Positions 32,088 to 42,731 of a DNA stretch of 64,000 bases are shown here, one piece after another. The notes under the pieces were generated by a model, which was given only the letters and a program-made list of their open reading frames with translations, did no database searches and was not told the DNA's origin. Location of the stretch: contig CAVQGX010000040.1 in NCBI GenBank assembly GCA_963712115.1, forward strand, positions 11,562 to 75,561, in the 5' to 3' direction. This stretch comes from an uncultured delta proteobacterium. Lineage in GTDB: Bacteria > Desulfobacterota > Syntrophobacteria > BM002. The translations under genes were made by a program, and so were the position numbers. Position 1 is the first letter of the stretch, and every line of letters starts with the position of its first letter.

Positions 32088-32887
32088 ATCCCTACATTAA
32101 GCTACCCAAAGTTCCCGTTGTAAATGGACGACAAGAGGTAATTCTCGGGAAATGTGCGAACAAAAGCGTTCTGCATCTCGGATGTGTCGACTCTGGCCTA
32201 GTGCTTGACCGGTTTAATAGAGGAGAACTCATGCATCAAAAGCTATCAAATGTTGCAAGCGAACTTTGGGGGATAGACATAGATGCAGAAGGTATTTCCT
32301 ACCTAAGCAGCAAAGGTTTCGACAATCTCATTGCTGACGATATTTGTGATCTGGATAGGATTGAGGTACTACAAAAGCAAAGCTTTGATGTGATTGTAGC
32401 CAGCGAGATCATCGAACACTTGGAAAACCCTGGGCTCTTTCTAAACTCTGTAAAAGGTTTAATGGTACCTGAAAAAACAGAATTGATCGTCACTGTTCCG
32501 AACGCTTTTCGCATCGATACTCTAATCTGGCTTTTTCGGGGAATTGAGTATGTCCACCCCGATCACAATTATTGGTTTTCCTACCATACGGCAACTAACC
32601 TACTACAAAAAAGTTATTTTGAAATCAGTGACATATATGTTTATACCTTTCAACCGTTAAGAATTTTACCCAGCAGGATGGGCAGGATTATTGAGGGACA
32701 AGAAGGAGTTACAAAGAATCGTGACACCGGAAAGGATCGCCCTGCCTCAAAGTCTTTCTTCGAACTTTTTTATTCTTATCTCAGATCTTTGCCAAGACGT
32801 TTGGTGGTTTCCTTGCTGTACAAAAGAACTCCATTTTGGGGTGATGGAATCATTATTATAGCGAAATCTACTGGAAATGACTGTTAA
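32084..32887 (+). CDS. Class I SAM-dependent methyltransferase
   Basis: VLHLGC, FDVIVASEIIEHL, VTVPN; ATGA overlap with the upstream gene. Confidence 0.85.
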   Translation: MNPYIKLPKVPVVNGRQEVILGKCANKSVLHLGCVDSGLVLDRFNRGELMHQKLSNVASELWGIDIDAEGISYLSSKGFDNLIADDICDLDRIEVLQKQSFDVIVASEIIEHLENPGLFLNSVKGLMVPEKTELIVTVPNAFRIDTLIWLFRGIEYVHPDHNYWFSYHTATNLLQKSYFEISDIYVYTFQPLRILPSRMGRIIEGQEGVTKNRDTGKDRPASKSFFELFYSYLRSLPRRLVVSLLYKRTPFWGDGIIIIAKSTGNDC

Positions 32888-34196
32888 CAGTTTCATCAGA
32901 ATACAGAGCTTCTTAAAGGATGTAAGTATTAGAAGTCCTTTTATACAGAATGTCACATCAACATTCCTGGTCCGAGTCCTCTCTCTGTTCTTTTCCATCG
33001 TTAACGCAGCCATCATCGCACGCTTGCTAGGACCAGAGGGCAAGGGGATGTTGGCACTAGCGCTCTTAGTACCAGGGATGTTAGGACTCTTCTTGAGCGG
33101 TGGGATTGAGGTGGCCAATGTGTATTTTGCAGGCTCGCGACGACTGGATGTGCCTACCCTTTCAGCAAACTCTGTAGCTTTTACGATATTGGCTACAATC
33201 GTAGGCCTCGGATTGGTATTTGCTTTGGGGGCTGCTGGCTGGCTCAAAGTTATAGTTCCAGGAGTTCCTGCCTGGATCTTATTCATCGCAATGTTAGGGT
33301 TCCCAATCAGCCTGCTCAATGGCTTTTTTAGCACTATCTTACAAGGGCTTCAACGAATTGTTACACTTAACCTCATTAGCCTTTTCAATGGCTTTCTAAC
33401 GTTGATTCTGACTTTAATGCTCGTTGTTGCCTTGAGGTTTGGTCTGATCGGAGCCCTGGTAGCTACTTTACTATCTGGAGTCTTAAGTCTTATTGTCTTG
33501 GTTTTCTTTTTACGTCGCGAAGGTGGTGTTCTTATCCCCCGTTGGGAACGCTCAGTAGTTCGCTCCACACTTTCTTTTGGTCTTAAAGGTCAGATTGGCA
33601 ATATGCTCCAGTTTTTTAATTACCGTCTGGACATGTTCATCTTGAATGGCTTTCTGGGACCAGCTAATGTAGGAATCTACGCTGTTTCGGTGAAACTCGC
33701 GGAGCTTCTCTGGTATCTTCCGAATGCAGTTGGCTTCGTTATCTTCCCTAAGGCCGCAGCCTCAAGACCCGAAGAGATGAACCGCTTCACCCCGAGGGTA
33801 TTTCTAATTACACTTGGGTTGACAGCCCTCGGGGGACTATGTTTAACCTTGGTCGGACGGCCAGCTATCGATCTCGTTTTCTCCTCTGCCTTTGCTGCTG
33901 CTTACGTACCTATGTTGCTGTTGCTCCCAGGGGTAGTGTTATTAGGAGGGGCCAAAGTATTGACTAATGAAATAGCAGGACGGGGCTACCCTCATTACAA
34001 CTCAATAAATTCTGGTTTGGCCCTAGTCATTACAGTTGTGCTCGACCTTCTCCTCATTCCCCGCTATGGGGTAGTGGGTGCTGCACTAGCCTCCAGCGTA
34101 GCCTACATAGTAGTTTTCCTTACTGCTATCGGCTTCTATTTAACTGTTAGTCGAAAGGCGAAAGGATCATCTCCGCTGCAAGTGTCCACTCCATAG
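32877..34196 (+). CDS. wzx: Wzx-type flippase
   Basis: ~12 TMs; ARLLGPEGKG, YRLD, VGIYAVS, LLIPRYGVVGAALAS. Confidence 0.88.
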   Translation: MTVNSFIRIQSFLKDVSIRSPFIQNVTSTFLVRVLSLFFSIVNAAIIARLLGPEGKGMLALALLVPGMLGLFLSGGIEVANVYFAGSRRLDVPTLSANSVAFTILATIVGLGLVFALGAAGWLKVIVPGVPAWILFIAMLGFPISLLNGFFSTILQGLQRIVTLNLISLFNGFLTLILTLMLVVALRFGLIGALVATLLSGVLSLIVLVFFLRREGGVLIPRWERSVVRSTLSFGLKGQIGNMLQFFNYRLDMFILNGFLGPANVGIYAVSVKLAELLWYLPNAVGFVIFPKAAASRPEEMNRFTPRVFLITLGLTALGGLCLTLVGRPAIDLVFSSAFAAAYVPMLLLLPGVVLLGGAKVLTNEIAGRGYPHYNSINSGLALVITVVLDLLLIPRYGVVGAALASSVAYIVVFLTAIGFYLTVSRKAKGSSPLQVSTP

Positions 34197-34429
34197 ACCC
34201 AGATTCAACACACCCAACATTCCGATCTAACGCGCCAAGCATGATCACCACGCTAAGGTTGATGCCAACACATAATATTCATTCATTATTGCTCATGGTT
34301 TACACAATCTCCAACAATTTAGTCACTAACACTTTCGGCATTCTTCCGTCAAAAATATACACCAGTCTCATGGAACATTAAGACCACTTATAACAGTATA
34401 CTGTAAATCGCTAATTATCGTAAAATACA

Positions 34430-35437
34430 ATGGATAATCTTTTTAATTACATCAAAACAGTATACAGACTACTCAAAAGCAGATACCAAATGGTCAAGAC
34501 ACTACCTTCGGTATTTGGTTTTGAAATGACGACGAGATGTAATTCCCAATGTCCAATGTGCGCACGTCGTGAGATTGAAAATATTCCACAGTATGATATG
34601 GAATTTGAAATTATAGAAAAAGTGATCATGGAAGTTAAAGATTGGTACCAGGGGAGGACACTGTTCAACCTTACAGGTCTGTCTGAACCAACATTATACC
34701 CGAAGCTTGTTGATGCTGTCGCTTTGATAAAAAATCACATTCCTCAGGCAAAGGTCAAGATAATAACTAATGCCATTGATTTAAATGAAAACCTGTCTGC
34801 ACGCTTAATAAAAGCAGGGTTAGACCAAATTACGATAAGCTTGAATGGAGTAAATAAAGTAGATTATCTCAAGCTAAACGGTGTCGATGAATACGAAAAT
34901 GTCTTAATTAATATAGAATCACTTATTAGAAATAGAGCAAATGGAAATACCGCCCATCCCATATTGAATATTAACCTCAAAATACACGAAGGAAATATTG
35001 AGGATATTCCACAAGCACGGTTACATTGGAGTAAAATTATTTTGAAATCAGATGGTATTAGTATTTCTGAAATCCTCCCACTCACAAAAAGCGGCGATAC
35101 GAACTTTTTCAGGAATTCAACGATAAAGAACAGGTATCCCTGTACCCATTTGTGGGGAGAAGTTAAACTAGATGTCAATGGGAATATTTATCCTTGCGAC
35201 GGGAAAGTGATGGATTACAACTTCCGCGAGAAAAGCGAACTTTTTCTCGACAATATCAATGAAACCACTATAAATAATGCTTACCTTTCACAGAAAGTTT
35301 CTTGGTTTCGCAAAAAACATTTGCAGAATGACATAAAGTCCTTACCTACCTGCGTTCAGTGCCCAATCTGGTCAATCTTCCCCAACGTCTGGATAGCAAA
35401 TAGATTTCTGCCATTGTTAAAACGCAAGTGGCTTTAG
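34430..35437 (+). CDS. Radical SAM protein with SPASM/twitch domain (polysaccharide-locus type)
   Basis: CNSQCPMC, GLSEP, C-terminal PC..IYPC..CVQC. Confidence 0.85.
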   Translation: MDNLFNYIKTVYRLLKSRYQMVKTLPSVFGFEMTTRCNSQCPMCARREIENIPQYDMEFEIIEKVIMEVKDWYQGRTLFNLTGLSEPTLYPKLVDAVALIKNHIPQAKVKIITNAIDLNENLSARLIKAGLDQITISLNGVNKVDYLKLNGVDEYENVLINIESLIRNRANGNTAHPILNINLKIHEGNIEDIPQARLHWSKIILKSDGISISEILPLTKSGDTNFFRNSTIKNRYPCTHLWGEVKLDVNGNIYPCDGKVMDYNFREKSELFLDNINETTINNAYLSQKVSWFRKKHLQNDIKSLPTCVQCPIWSIFPNVWIANRFLPLLKRKWL

Positions 35438-35448
35438 CATCCGTCCAA

Positions 35449-36807
35449 ATGAAAAACGTCCTAATGATCGCATATAATTATCCTCCACTTGCTGGAATGG
35501 GTATGCTACGAAGCCTTAAGCTCGCAAAATATTTACCCACTTTTGGCTGGAAGCCAATCATTTTGACCGTTTCTACCTCAGTAGTCAAGCACATAAGTTC
35601 CCCATATTGGATCTGTGACGAATCTGAAGGTAATCTGCCCAATGTGAATATCATTCGCACTAAGTTTTTTTCTTTAAATCTGCTAAGTAAATATCTTACA
35701 AGCATCTTTCCACATACTAAAAGTAATAAATATGTTGACAACGCAGGAGTTAACAAAACTCAGAAATCGAAAAGTATTATAAGAAATGTCTTGTTATCTT
35801 TTTGTAATAAATGGTTACTATTTCCAGATAACACTATTACATGGTATCCATTTGCTGTAAGACAATCACTGCAATACATAAAACAACAACGCATCAACCT
35901 AATTTTTAGCACATCTCTTCCCATAACAAGCCATATTATAGCTCGTTCCATTTCAAGAAAAACCAATGTTCCCTGGGTCGCTGATTTCAGGGATCCCTGG
36001 TCGCGGCCTCATTACGATGACTCGGGCAGTTTGAGAAAACGCATTGACACCTTAATCGAAACTAGAGTTATAAGTAGCGCACATGCATTGACAACTGTCT
36101 CCGAGCCACTTAGAGACCGCCTTATTGAAGTGCATAAAGATTTTGAAGATGGAATCTTTGTCATCTACAATGGATACGATCCAGATGATTATGGCGCCTC
36201 GGAAATTGAATCGCAGCCCTATTTTAATATTACCTTCACAGGCAGAATGTACGACATTGATTTTAATGGAAAAGGTAGAACACCCGAACTTCTATTCCAA
36301 GCATTAGAGCAACTACACACGGAGGAAAGAATTGACCTCTGCAAAGTAAAAGTCAATCTGTATGGAGAATACCCAAATGACCTATACCACCTAATATCCA
36401 AGTATCAATTGCAGGATTCGGTGAGATGTTTAGGCCCTGTATCTTTTAGAGAATCCATCGCTGCCCAACAGCATGCCACAATTCTTCTTCTGCTAAATTG
36501 GGATGATTCAGACTACGAGGGGATTCTAACCGGCAAAATCTTTGAATATCTCGGTGCCTGCAAACCAATTTTGGCCATTCCTTTTTACAATCGAAGTGTT
36601 GATACAGTTTTGAATAAAACCAAAGCTGGGATCACAATTACAGACTTAGACTCTCTGAAAAATCAACTTTTTAAATGGTATCAACAATATATCAAAAAAG
36701 GCAGTATTGCTTATAGAGGAATTAGGAAAGAAATTGAAAAATTTTCCAGATTAAAAGCTGCTGAGGACATGTCTCGAATATTTGAAGAAGTGCACCACAA
36801 TAAATAA
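35449..36807 (+). CDS. Glycosyltransferase family 4
   Basis: YNYPP, WVADFRDPW, IYNGYD, GKIFEYL motifs. Confidence 0.85.
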   Translation: MKNVLMIAYNYPPLAGMGMLRSLKLAKYLPTFGWKPIILTVSTSVVKHISSPYWICDESEGNLPNVNIIRTKFFSLNLLSKYLTSIFPHTKSNKYVDNAGVNKTQKSKSIIRNVLLSFCNKWLLFPDNTITWYPFAVRQSLQYIKQQRINLIFSTSLPITSHIIARSISRKTNVPWVADFRDPWSRPHYDDSGSLRKRIDTLIETRVISSAHALTTVSEPLRDRLIEVHKDFEDGIFVIYNGYDPDDYGASEIESQPYFNITFTGRMYDIDFNGKGRTPELLFQALEQLHTEERIDLCKVKVNLYGEYPNDLYHLISKYQLQDSVRCLGPVSFRESIAAQQHATILLLLNWDDSDYEGILTGKIFEYLGACKPILAIPFYNRSVDTVLNKTKAGITITDLDSLKNQLFKWYQQYIKKGSIAYRGIRKEIEKFSRLKAAEDMSRIFEEVHHNK

Positions 36808-36873
36808 AGTTAAACCATTTGCTAACGTCATTATCATTATTTTCAACCGTCAGGCTGTAACGGAGATATTATC

Positions 36874-37857
36874 TTGAGAATTGGCTTGATTGGCGCCGGT
36901 GCTATAGCTAAAACAGCATACTTACCTGCTTTAACAAGATTATCGCATATTCACCTCAATGCAATTGTTGATAGCAATTCTCAGATCCTTAATGACTTAT
37001 CTTCTGAGTATCGTTTGGGCTACCTCGGTGATGCAGTCACCCAGAGTCTGGAACATGTTGATGCCGTCATCGTGGCTGTCCCAAACCATCTTCATTTTCC
37101 TATTTCCAAAACGTGCCTAGAGGCAGGCAAACACGTATTGTGTGAAAAGCCGATAACCATATCTAGTGAGGAATGTGATGAGTTGATCTATCTGGCAGAT
37201 AAGTATTCCCTGAAGCTCGCGGTAGCACACACTCGTCGCTTTTACAAAGCAGCAAAAAGAATCAAGCAAATCATTACGAGCGAGGAACTTGGTGAGGTAA
37301 AAACTTTCGATTTTGAGGAAGGGACAGTTTTTGATTGGCCGACAGCTTCCGGTTTCTTTTTCGATAAACAAAAGGCTGGCGGTGGCGTACTCATGGACAT
37401 CGGTGTGCATGTCCTCGATTTACTTCTTTGGTGGTTACCCTACGAAGTTGTGCACCTCGACTGTCAAGATGATAGTTTGGGGGGCGTTGAGGCTTTTACT
37501 AGAATCAAAATGGAGATGTCGAACGGCATAAAAGGCAACGTAACTCTAAGTCGATTAAGTGTATTAAGAAATGGGTATAGACTTCAGTTTGAAAAAGGAA
37601 ATATCGAATGGAATCCACTTTTTCCGAAAAGGATTTATGTTCACAATATTTCTAAGATATCAAAGAAGGTAATAAAGATTAGAAAAGAATTACCTGTAGA
37701 TGACTTGCTCTCTGATTTTATTGATGCAATTGAGAATGACAGAAGGCCTCTTGCATCCGCTGACGATGGTCTTAGAGTTATGCAGTTAATTGAGAGATGT
37801 TATCATTCTAGAGAGCCACTCCCCCTAGAATGGCTTAAAACAAAAGAGAATTCTTGA
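36874..37857 (+). CDS. Gfo/Idh/MocA oxidoreductase
   Basis: GLIGAG, HVLCEKP, GGGVLMDIGVH. Confidence 0.9.
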   Translation: MRIGLIGAGAIAKTAYLPALTRLSHIHLNAIVDSNSQILNDLSSEYRLGYLGDAVTQSLEHVDAVIVAVPNHLHFPISKTCLEAGKHVLCEKPITISSEECDELIYLADKYSLKLAVAHTRRFYKAAKRIKQIITSEELGEVKTFDFEEGTVFDWPTASGFFFDKQKAGGGVLMDIGVHVLDLLLWWLPYEVVHLDCQDDSLGGVEAFTRIKMEMSNGIKGNVTLSRLSVLRNGYRLQFEKGNIEWNPLFPKRIYVHNISKISKKVIKIRKELPVDDLLSDFIDAIENDRRPLASADDGLRVMQLIERCYHSREPLPLEWLKTKENS

Positions 37858-38936
37858 TGGCATTAAAAGAGAAAAAGGTACTAATTACCGGGTCATCAGG
37901 ATTTATCGGAGGAAGAATAGCAGAACGATTATGGATTGACGATCGTGTAAAGTCTCATTGTTTAATACGCAACTTTTCAAATGCTGCCAGACTGGGACGC
38001 CTTCCAGTAAAGATGATTTCCGGGGATTTATTAGAAAGGGAATCTATTGAGAAGGCTCTAGAGGGCTGTGATGTTGTTTACCATTGTGCCTATGGCAACA
38101 CGAATGATGCCCAACTTAACAGATCCATTAATGAGGAGGGCACAAAGAATCTGGGTGAAATGGCCCTTAAAAGTAGTGTAAAAAAATTTGTATATCTCAG
38201 CTCAGTGGCTGTTTATGGGTCGAATCCACCCGAGATGGTTACTGAAGACACACCAGTACAATTTTCGAATGACGAATATGGCAACAGTAAGATCAGGGCT
38301 GAAAAGATTTGTGACGGTCTATTAAAAAAAGGATTGCCAGTAGTAATTATACGCCCCACAATAGTTTTTGGACCATTTTCACCAATCTGGACAATTGGAG
38401 CGATAAAAAGGGTCCTTGTTGGTGGTTGGGAAAAAATTCAAAATATAAACGGGATGTGTAATGCCGTTTATATAGATGACTTAGTCGACAGCTTATTTTC
38501 AGTTACCAGAATTGACAAAGCATTCGGCGAAACCTTCATAATTTCTGGCAGGTCACCAATTACATGGAATGATTTTTATGGAGCATATATTGAGTTGGCA
38601 GGTTTACCCGCACCCCGAATAGTCTCCAAGCGGAAAAAAATGGTGAAGTCAAATTTTGGCAATTTATTGAGGATAGGTGTCAATATATCTAGAAAGACTT
38701 TCGAGCCCGAGCTGGTTGATTTCTACCTCTTGATGCAGAAAAAGTATCCACAATTCACCAGAAGCCTTGATGGTCTAATTAGAGGTGGTATCAAATCCAA
38801 CGAAATAAACAAATTTTCTCAAAAGACGGTCTATTCAATTGATAAAGCAAAAAAGATACTAGGGTATTCGCCCAGATCCTTTGAAGAAGGGATGAAAGTA
38901 ACTGGTGATTGGTTAAAACACCACGCATATATTTAA
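37857..38936 (+). CDS. NAD-dependent epimerase/dehydratase
   Basis: ITGSSGFIG, SSVAVYG, YGNSK. Confidence 0.9.
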   Translation: MALKEKKVLITGSSGFIGGRIAERLWIDDRVKSHCLIRNFSNAARLGRLPVKMISGDLLERESIEKALEGCDVVYHCAYGNTNDAQLNRSINEEGTKNLGEMALKSSVKKFVYLSSVAVYGSNPPEMVTEDTPVQFSNDEYGNSKIRAEKICDGLLKKGLPVVIIRPTIVFGPFSPIWTIGAIKRVLVGGWEKIQNINGMCNAVYIDDLVDSLFSVTRIDKAFGETFIISGRSPITWNDFYGAYIELAGLPAPRIVSKRKKMVKSNFGNLLRIGVNISRKTFEPELVDFYLLMQKKYPQFTRSLDGLIRGGIKSNEINKFSQKTVYSIDKAKKILGYSPRSFEEGMKVTGDWLKHHAYI

Positions 38937-38960
38937 GTTTGATCCATTGGTTGAACAGAC

Positions 38961-40127
38961 ATGAACAAGGAGTACAATATATTTATCATTGCCTATTGGC
39001 ATGATCCTCGCTTTAAGAAGAAAATAGGGGGCCTGATTAGAATCTTTGATCTGGCGGACAATCTAATCGAGCAAGGTCATAGTGTAAGTCTGTTTTTGCC
39101 GAAAATAGGATTTCCCAAGAAGCAGACAGTTGCCAAGGTAATAGAAATTCTGTTCATCGATCTTCCAATTCTTAGACCTATTTCGTTTCATTTGATGTCC
39201 AGTATGGCCCTATTGTTCAAACTTAAGAATCATCCAGATTTGCTGTATGCACGGCAGATGAACTCTTTTGTACCGATGTTAATCGCCAAACTATTCAAGA
39301 TACCTTCATTTTTCGAGATTCCGAATGATCCCTATCTAGCATATCGATCAAAAAGTCAAATACGGATGTTGCTCGAAAGAATGATAGATAAGTACTCTAT
39401 TAAACTCTCCGACAATATTGTTGTTCTCTCTGAATGGAGTAAACGCCGACTGAACCAATTGGGTGGTGTGCCCCTTTCGAAAGTAATGGTCTTGCCAAGC
39501 GGTACAGATACAGAGCTGTTTAGGCCTCTGTCGAAGGAGGAATGCTGCACCAGACTTGGTCTTGACCCTTCATTTTCTTACGTTGGTTTTGTTGGTTCTT
39601 TTTTCTTTCATCAGGGCATCGATACCTTAATAGACTCTGCTCAGAACGTCCTAGAGAGATTCACTGATACTCGTTTTTTGCTTGTTGGCGACGGCCCAAT
39701 GATGGATACCTGGAAACAAAAGGTAAATCATCAGGGTCTTGGACGGGCCTTTGTTTTTTCTGGACATGTGCCTTACCAGAATGTCCCAGAGTACATTGGA
39801 GTCATGGACATCTGTGTTGCCCCTCATCGCAAGGATACCAATCAAGCCTCTCCTGTTAAGATTTTTGATTATATGGCCTGCGGCAGACCTATTGTGGCTA
39901 GTGATATTGAAGTAATTCGTGAGATTATAGGAGATAGTAGATGTGCCCTGTTGGTACCCCCAGAGTCTCCTCACCATTTATCTGTCGCTATCACTTCTTT
40001 AATTGAGGACGATATATTGTTAAATGCAATGTCCATGAGAGCAAGACAACATGTAATTGACAACTTTGATAGAAAGAAGATTCCGGAGAATTTGATTTTT
40101 GCTCTCAACAAACTAGCTGCCAGATAA
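38961..40127 (+). CDS. Glycosyltransferase family 4
   Basis: SPVKIFDYMACGRPIVASD. Confidence 0.88.
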   Translation: MNKEYNIFIIAYWHDPRFKKKIGGLIRIFDLADNLIEQGHSVSLFLPKIGFPKKQTVAKVIEILFIDLPILRPISFHLMSSMALLFKLKNHPDLLYARQMNSFVPMLIAKLFKIPSFFEIPNDPYLAYRSKSQIRMLLERMIDKYSIKLSDNIVVLSEWSKRRLNQLGGVPLSKVMVLPSGTDTELFRPLSKEECCTRLGLDPSFSYVGFVGSFFFHQGIDTLIDSAQNVLERFTDTRFLLVGDGPMMDTWKQKVNHQGLGRAFVFSGHVPYQNVPEYIGVMDICVAPHRKDTNQASPVKIFDYMACGRPIVASDIEVIREIIGDSRCALLVPPESPHHLSVAITSLIEDDILLNAMSMRARQHVIDNFDRKKIPENLIFALNKLAAR

Positions 40128-40170
40128 TCTTACCGTTACGAACAGAATAATCATAGCTGAGAAATTTCAA

Positions 40171-40854
40171 GTGAGAGATCCACAAACCACACATGACGAC
40201 GAGTGGCGAACTGGATGGAAATCTCTTCCATCAGCTCTCGAGGATGAAGACAGGTTTCAGCTAGTAAGTGGACTAATCTCGCCACTTTCTCCCCAGACTA
40301 TTTTTGACCTTGGTTGTGGTGACGGGTATCAAGCTGAGATTATAAAAATGACGATGTCAAGTGTAGTAGTAAATGGCTGTGATATTTCTCCTGCCGCTAT
40401 TGAAAGAGCATCCAAACGAATGGATTCCTGCTACAACTTGGATATTGACAGATCAGATTTACCAGAAGATTCTGAATCCTATGACATAGTGGTATGCATA
40501 GCCGTCTTAGAGCATCTATACGATGTATCTCACGCATTAAAAGAAATTCATCGGATCCTGATACCCGGAAAATATGTTCTAGTTCAGGTGCCAAATGTTA
40601 CTTTTTGGAGGTTTCGTCTTGAAATACTCCTAGGCAGATTGCCTTACGTTTTGGCAGACGAGAGGCACCTTCATAGTTTCAATAAAAGTTTTCTCTTGGA
40701 AAGATTACAGCTTGCAGGATTTACTAACTTCAGCATCTATGGCCAAAGACATCGGATCAAATGGCTTGCCAAACTATCTCCCTCACTTTTCAGTGAAAAC
40801 CTTTTTGTCTTGGCGCAGAAACGCACTGTCGACCCTAAAGAAACTACTGATTAG
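40171..40854 (+). CDS. Class I SAM-dependent methyltransferase
   Basis: FDLGCGDG, VLEHL, QVPN. Confidence 0.88.
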   Translation: MRDPQTTHDDEWRTGWKSLPSALEDEDRFQLVSGLISPLSPQTIFDLGCGDGYQAEIIKMTMSSVVVNGCDISPAAIERASKRMDSCYNLDIDRSDLPEDSESYDIVVCIAVLEHLYDVSHALKEIHRILIPGKYVLVQVPNVTFWRFRLEILLGRLPYVLADERHLHSFNKSFLLERLQLAGFTNFSIYGQRHRIKWLAKLSPSLFSENLFVLAQKRTVDPKETTD

Positions 40855-40891
40855 CTTGTTTCTCTACCCAGATTGATTCTCTGCAAAACTC

Positions 40892-41722
40892 ATGACTCAA
40901 GAATCAGATTCAACTGGGAACATTAAATCGCCACAGACACTTATGATTAATCTATTTAGGCGCCTGTATGATGGATCAACCCGGATTATTCAAGAAAAAT
41001 GGATTGGGACTATTCAAGCTGCAGCGGTGGTGAGAAGTCTCTATCTCACTTGGACTTTGAAAAAATTCATTCCCTCCAACGCACAGTACAATCTCTTAGA
41101 TGCTGGCAGTGGGGAGGGAGCTCCCTTAACCATAATCCAGGCTAGACGATTTAGCAAATGCAGTTTTGTAGCTCTTGATTTATATCAAGAACACCCAGCG
41201 GGAGGAAATGCTGCTATCGCGGCAAATATCGTGTTTGTTAAGGATGACCTATTTAGATATTCAGCTAGAAAACAATTTGACATAATTTTTTGCTTAGATG
41301 TATTGGAGCATATAGAAAACTATAAAATAGTATTGGAACTTTTTAATAAATGGACTAAGTCGGGTGGAAAATTAATCTTACATGTTCCATCAGACCATCA
41401 AGTTAGGTATTTTATCAAAAATAATATTTTATTCCGTTCAAATCAAAAACAACGGTTAGGAGATTATCATATAAGGGAAGGTTTCAATTTAAAAGAAATA
41501 ATCACCGATATTATTAATGCCCATTTTGAAATAATCTACACTAGATACACATTTTCACCATTTACCTGGTTTTTCAAAGAGCTTTTCACAATGGGCGAGA
41601 AAAAAAACTTACCGGGAATTGGTATTATGATCTTACCATTCATCTGGTTTAGTGCCAAGCTTGAGAGCCTTTTAAACCTCAGCAGAGGCAATGGAATTCT
41701 TATCGTGGCCAGAAAACTTTAA
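40892..41722 (+). CDS. Class I SAM-dependent methyltransferase
   Basis: LLDAGSGEG, FDIIFCLDVLEHI. Confidence 0.85.
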   Translation: MTQESDSTGNIKSPQTLMINLFRRLYDGSTRIIQEKWIGTIQAAAVVRSLYLTWTLKKFIPSNAQYNLLDAGSGEGAPLTIIQARRFSKCSFVALDLYQEHPAGGNAAIAANIVFVKDDLFRYSARKQFDIIFCLDVLEHIENYKIVLELFNKWTKSGGKLILHVPSDHQVRYFIKNNILFRSNQKQRLGDYHIREGFNLKEIITDIINAHFEIIYTRYTFSPFTWFFKELFTMGEKKNLPGIGIMILPFIWFSAKLESLLNLSRGNGILIVARKL

Positions 41723-41756
41723 CAAAGCTGGTGAGACTCGCATAGCAAAACTTGTA

Positions 41757-42731
41757 ATGGATCATAAGCTTTCTTCATCTATCACGGCCAATCAAAACCC
41801 CGAAAAGGAGAATCAACTCAGCAGGCTTTTCAGAAGCATTGCAAGCCGAGCCCCGCTCCTGAAGATGGTTCCCTTTTCTAAACGTCCTCATGGTCTTAGT
41901 ATCATTATGAGGGTCAAAAATGAGGTGGACTGGATTAGACCATCTATCCTGTCAATAATAGATATCGCGGATGAAATCGTGATTGTTGATAATGGTTCAA
42001 CTGATGGAACATACCAAGTCCTTGAAGAGATGGCTTCCAAGGAAAAGGGCTTGATCAGTATTTGGCAACGGCCTGATTTAGATCAGTGCTCTCTTTCCAA
42101 CTTCGCCCTTGAGCAAACACGATTCCGTTGGATATTTCGATGGGACGGGGATATGGTGGCTCATACATCAGGAGAACATGCCATTTCCGATCTTCGAGAC
42201 CGTCTTTTATCTTTAGACTCCCGACATTACTATGTTATCTATCTCCGCCATATCAACCTTTCCGGAGATCTCTTCCATCAAGACTCTAGAGAAATGGTTC
42301 ATATCGAAGAATATATACACATATATTCTGAGGCAGCAAGATACATCCATCCAGGGCGGTTTGAAGCCATTAAGGTTCCCAAATACTACAAGGTTCTGTT
42401 CTGGTACGAACCATATAGTTTCCATGTAAATGTCAAGCCAGCAAGGCGCATGCTTCTTCGATATTTCTGGGAAAATTGGATGGAGCTAAGAGATTATCAA
42501 AGATTTCCTACTTTAGAGGATTACGTAAGTCAGAAAATAGAAGGGGAATTTGGAACTTCATCATGGGAAGAGGCTGAGAAAATTTGTGTCCACAAAATCC
42601 TTCAGCATCACGTGCATTTTGACCAGGAAGTCTTTGGGCCTTATCCAGAATTACTGAAGGCTCTTCTCGAAAGCCAGAAATATAAGATCATATACACAGA
42701 TGGGAAGATAGTCGGAAGAGAGGAAAATTGA
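41757..42731 (+). CDS. Glycosyltransferase family 2
   Basis: LSIIMRVKNE, IVIVDNGSTDGT, DGD; start codon uncertain. Confidence 0.85.
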   Translation: MDHKLSSSITANQNPEKENQLSRLFRSIASRAPLLKMVPFSKRPHGLSIIMRVKNEVDWIRPSILSIIDIADEIVIVDNGSTDGTYQVLEEMASKEKGLISIWQRPDLDQCSLSNFALEQTRFRWIFRWDGDMVAHTSGEHAISDLRDRLLSLDSRHYYVIYLRHINLSGDLFHQDSREMVHIEEYIHIYSEAARYIHPGRFEAIKVPKYYKVLFWYEPYSFHVNVKPARRMLLRYFWENWMELRDYQRFPTLEDYVSQKIEGEFGTSSWEEAEKICVHKILQHHVHFDQEVFGPYPELLKALLESQKYKIIYTDGKIVGREEN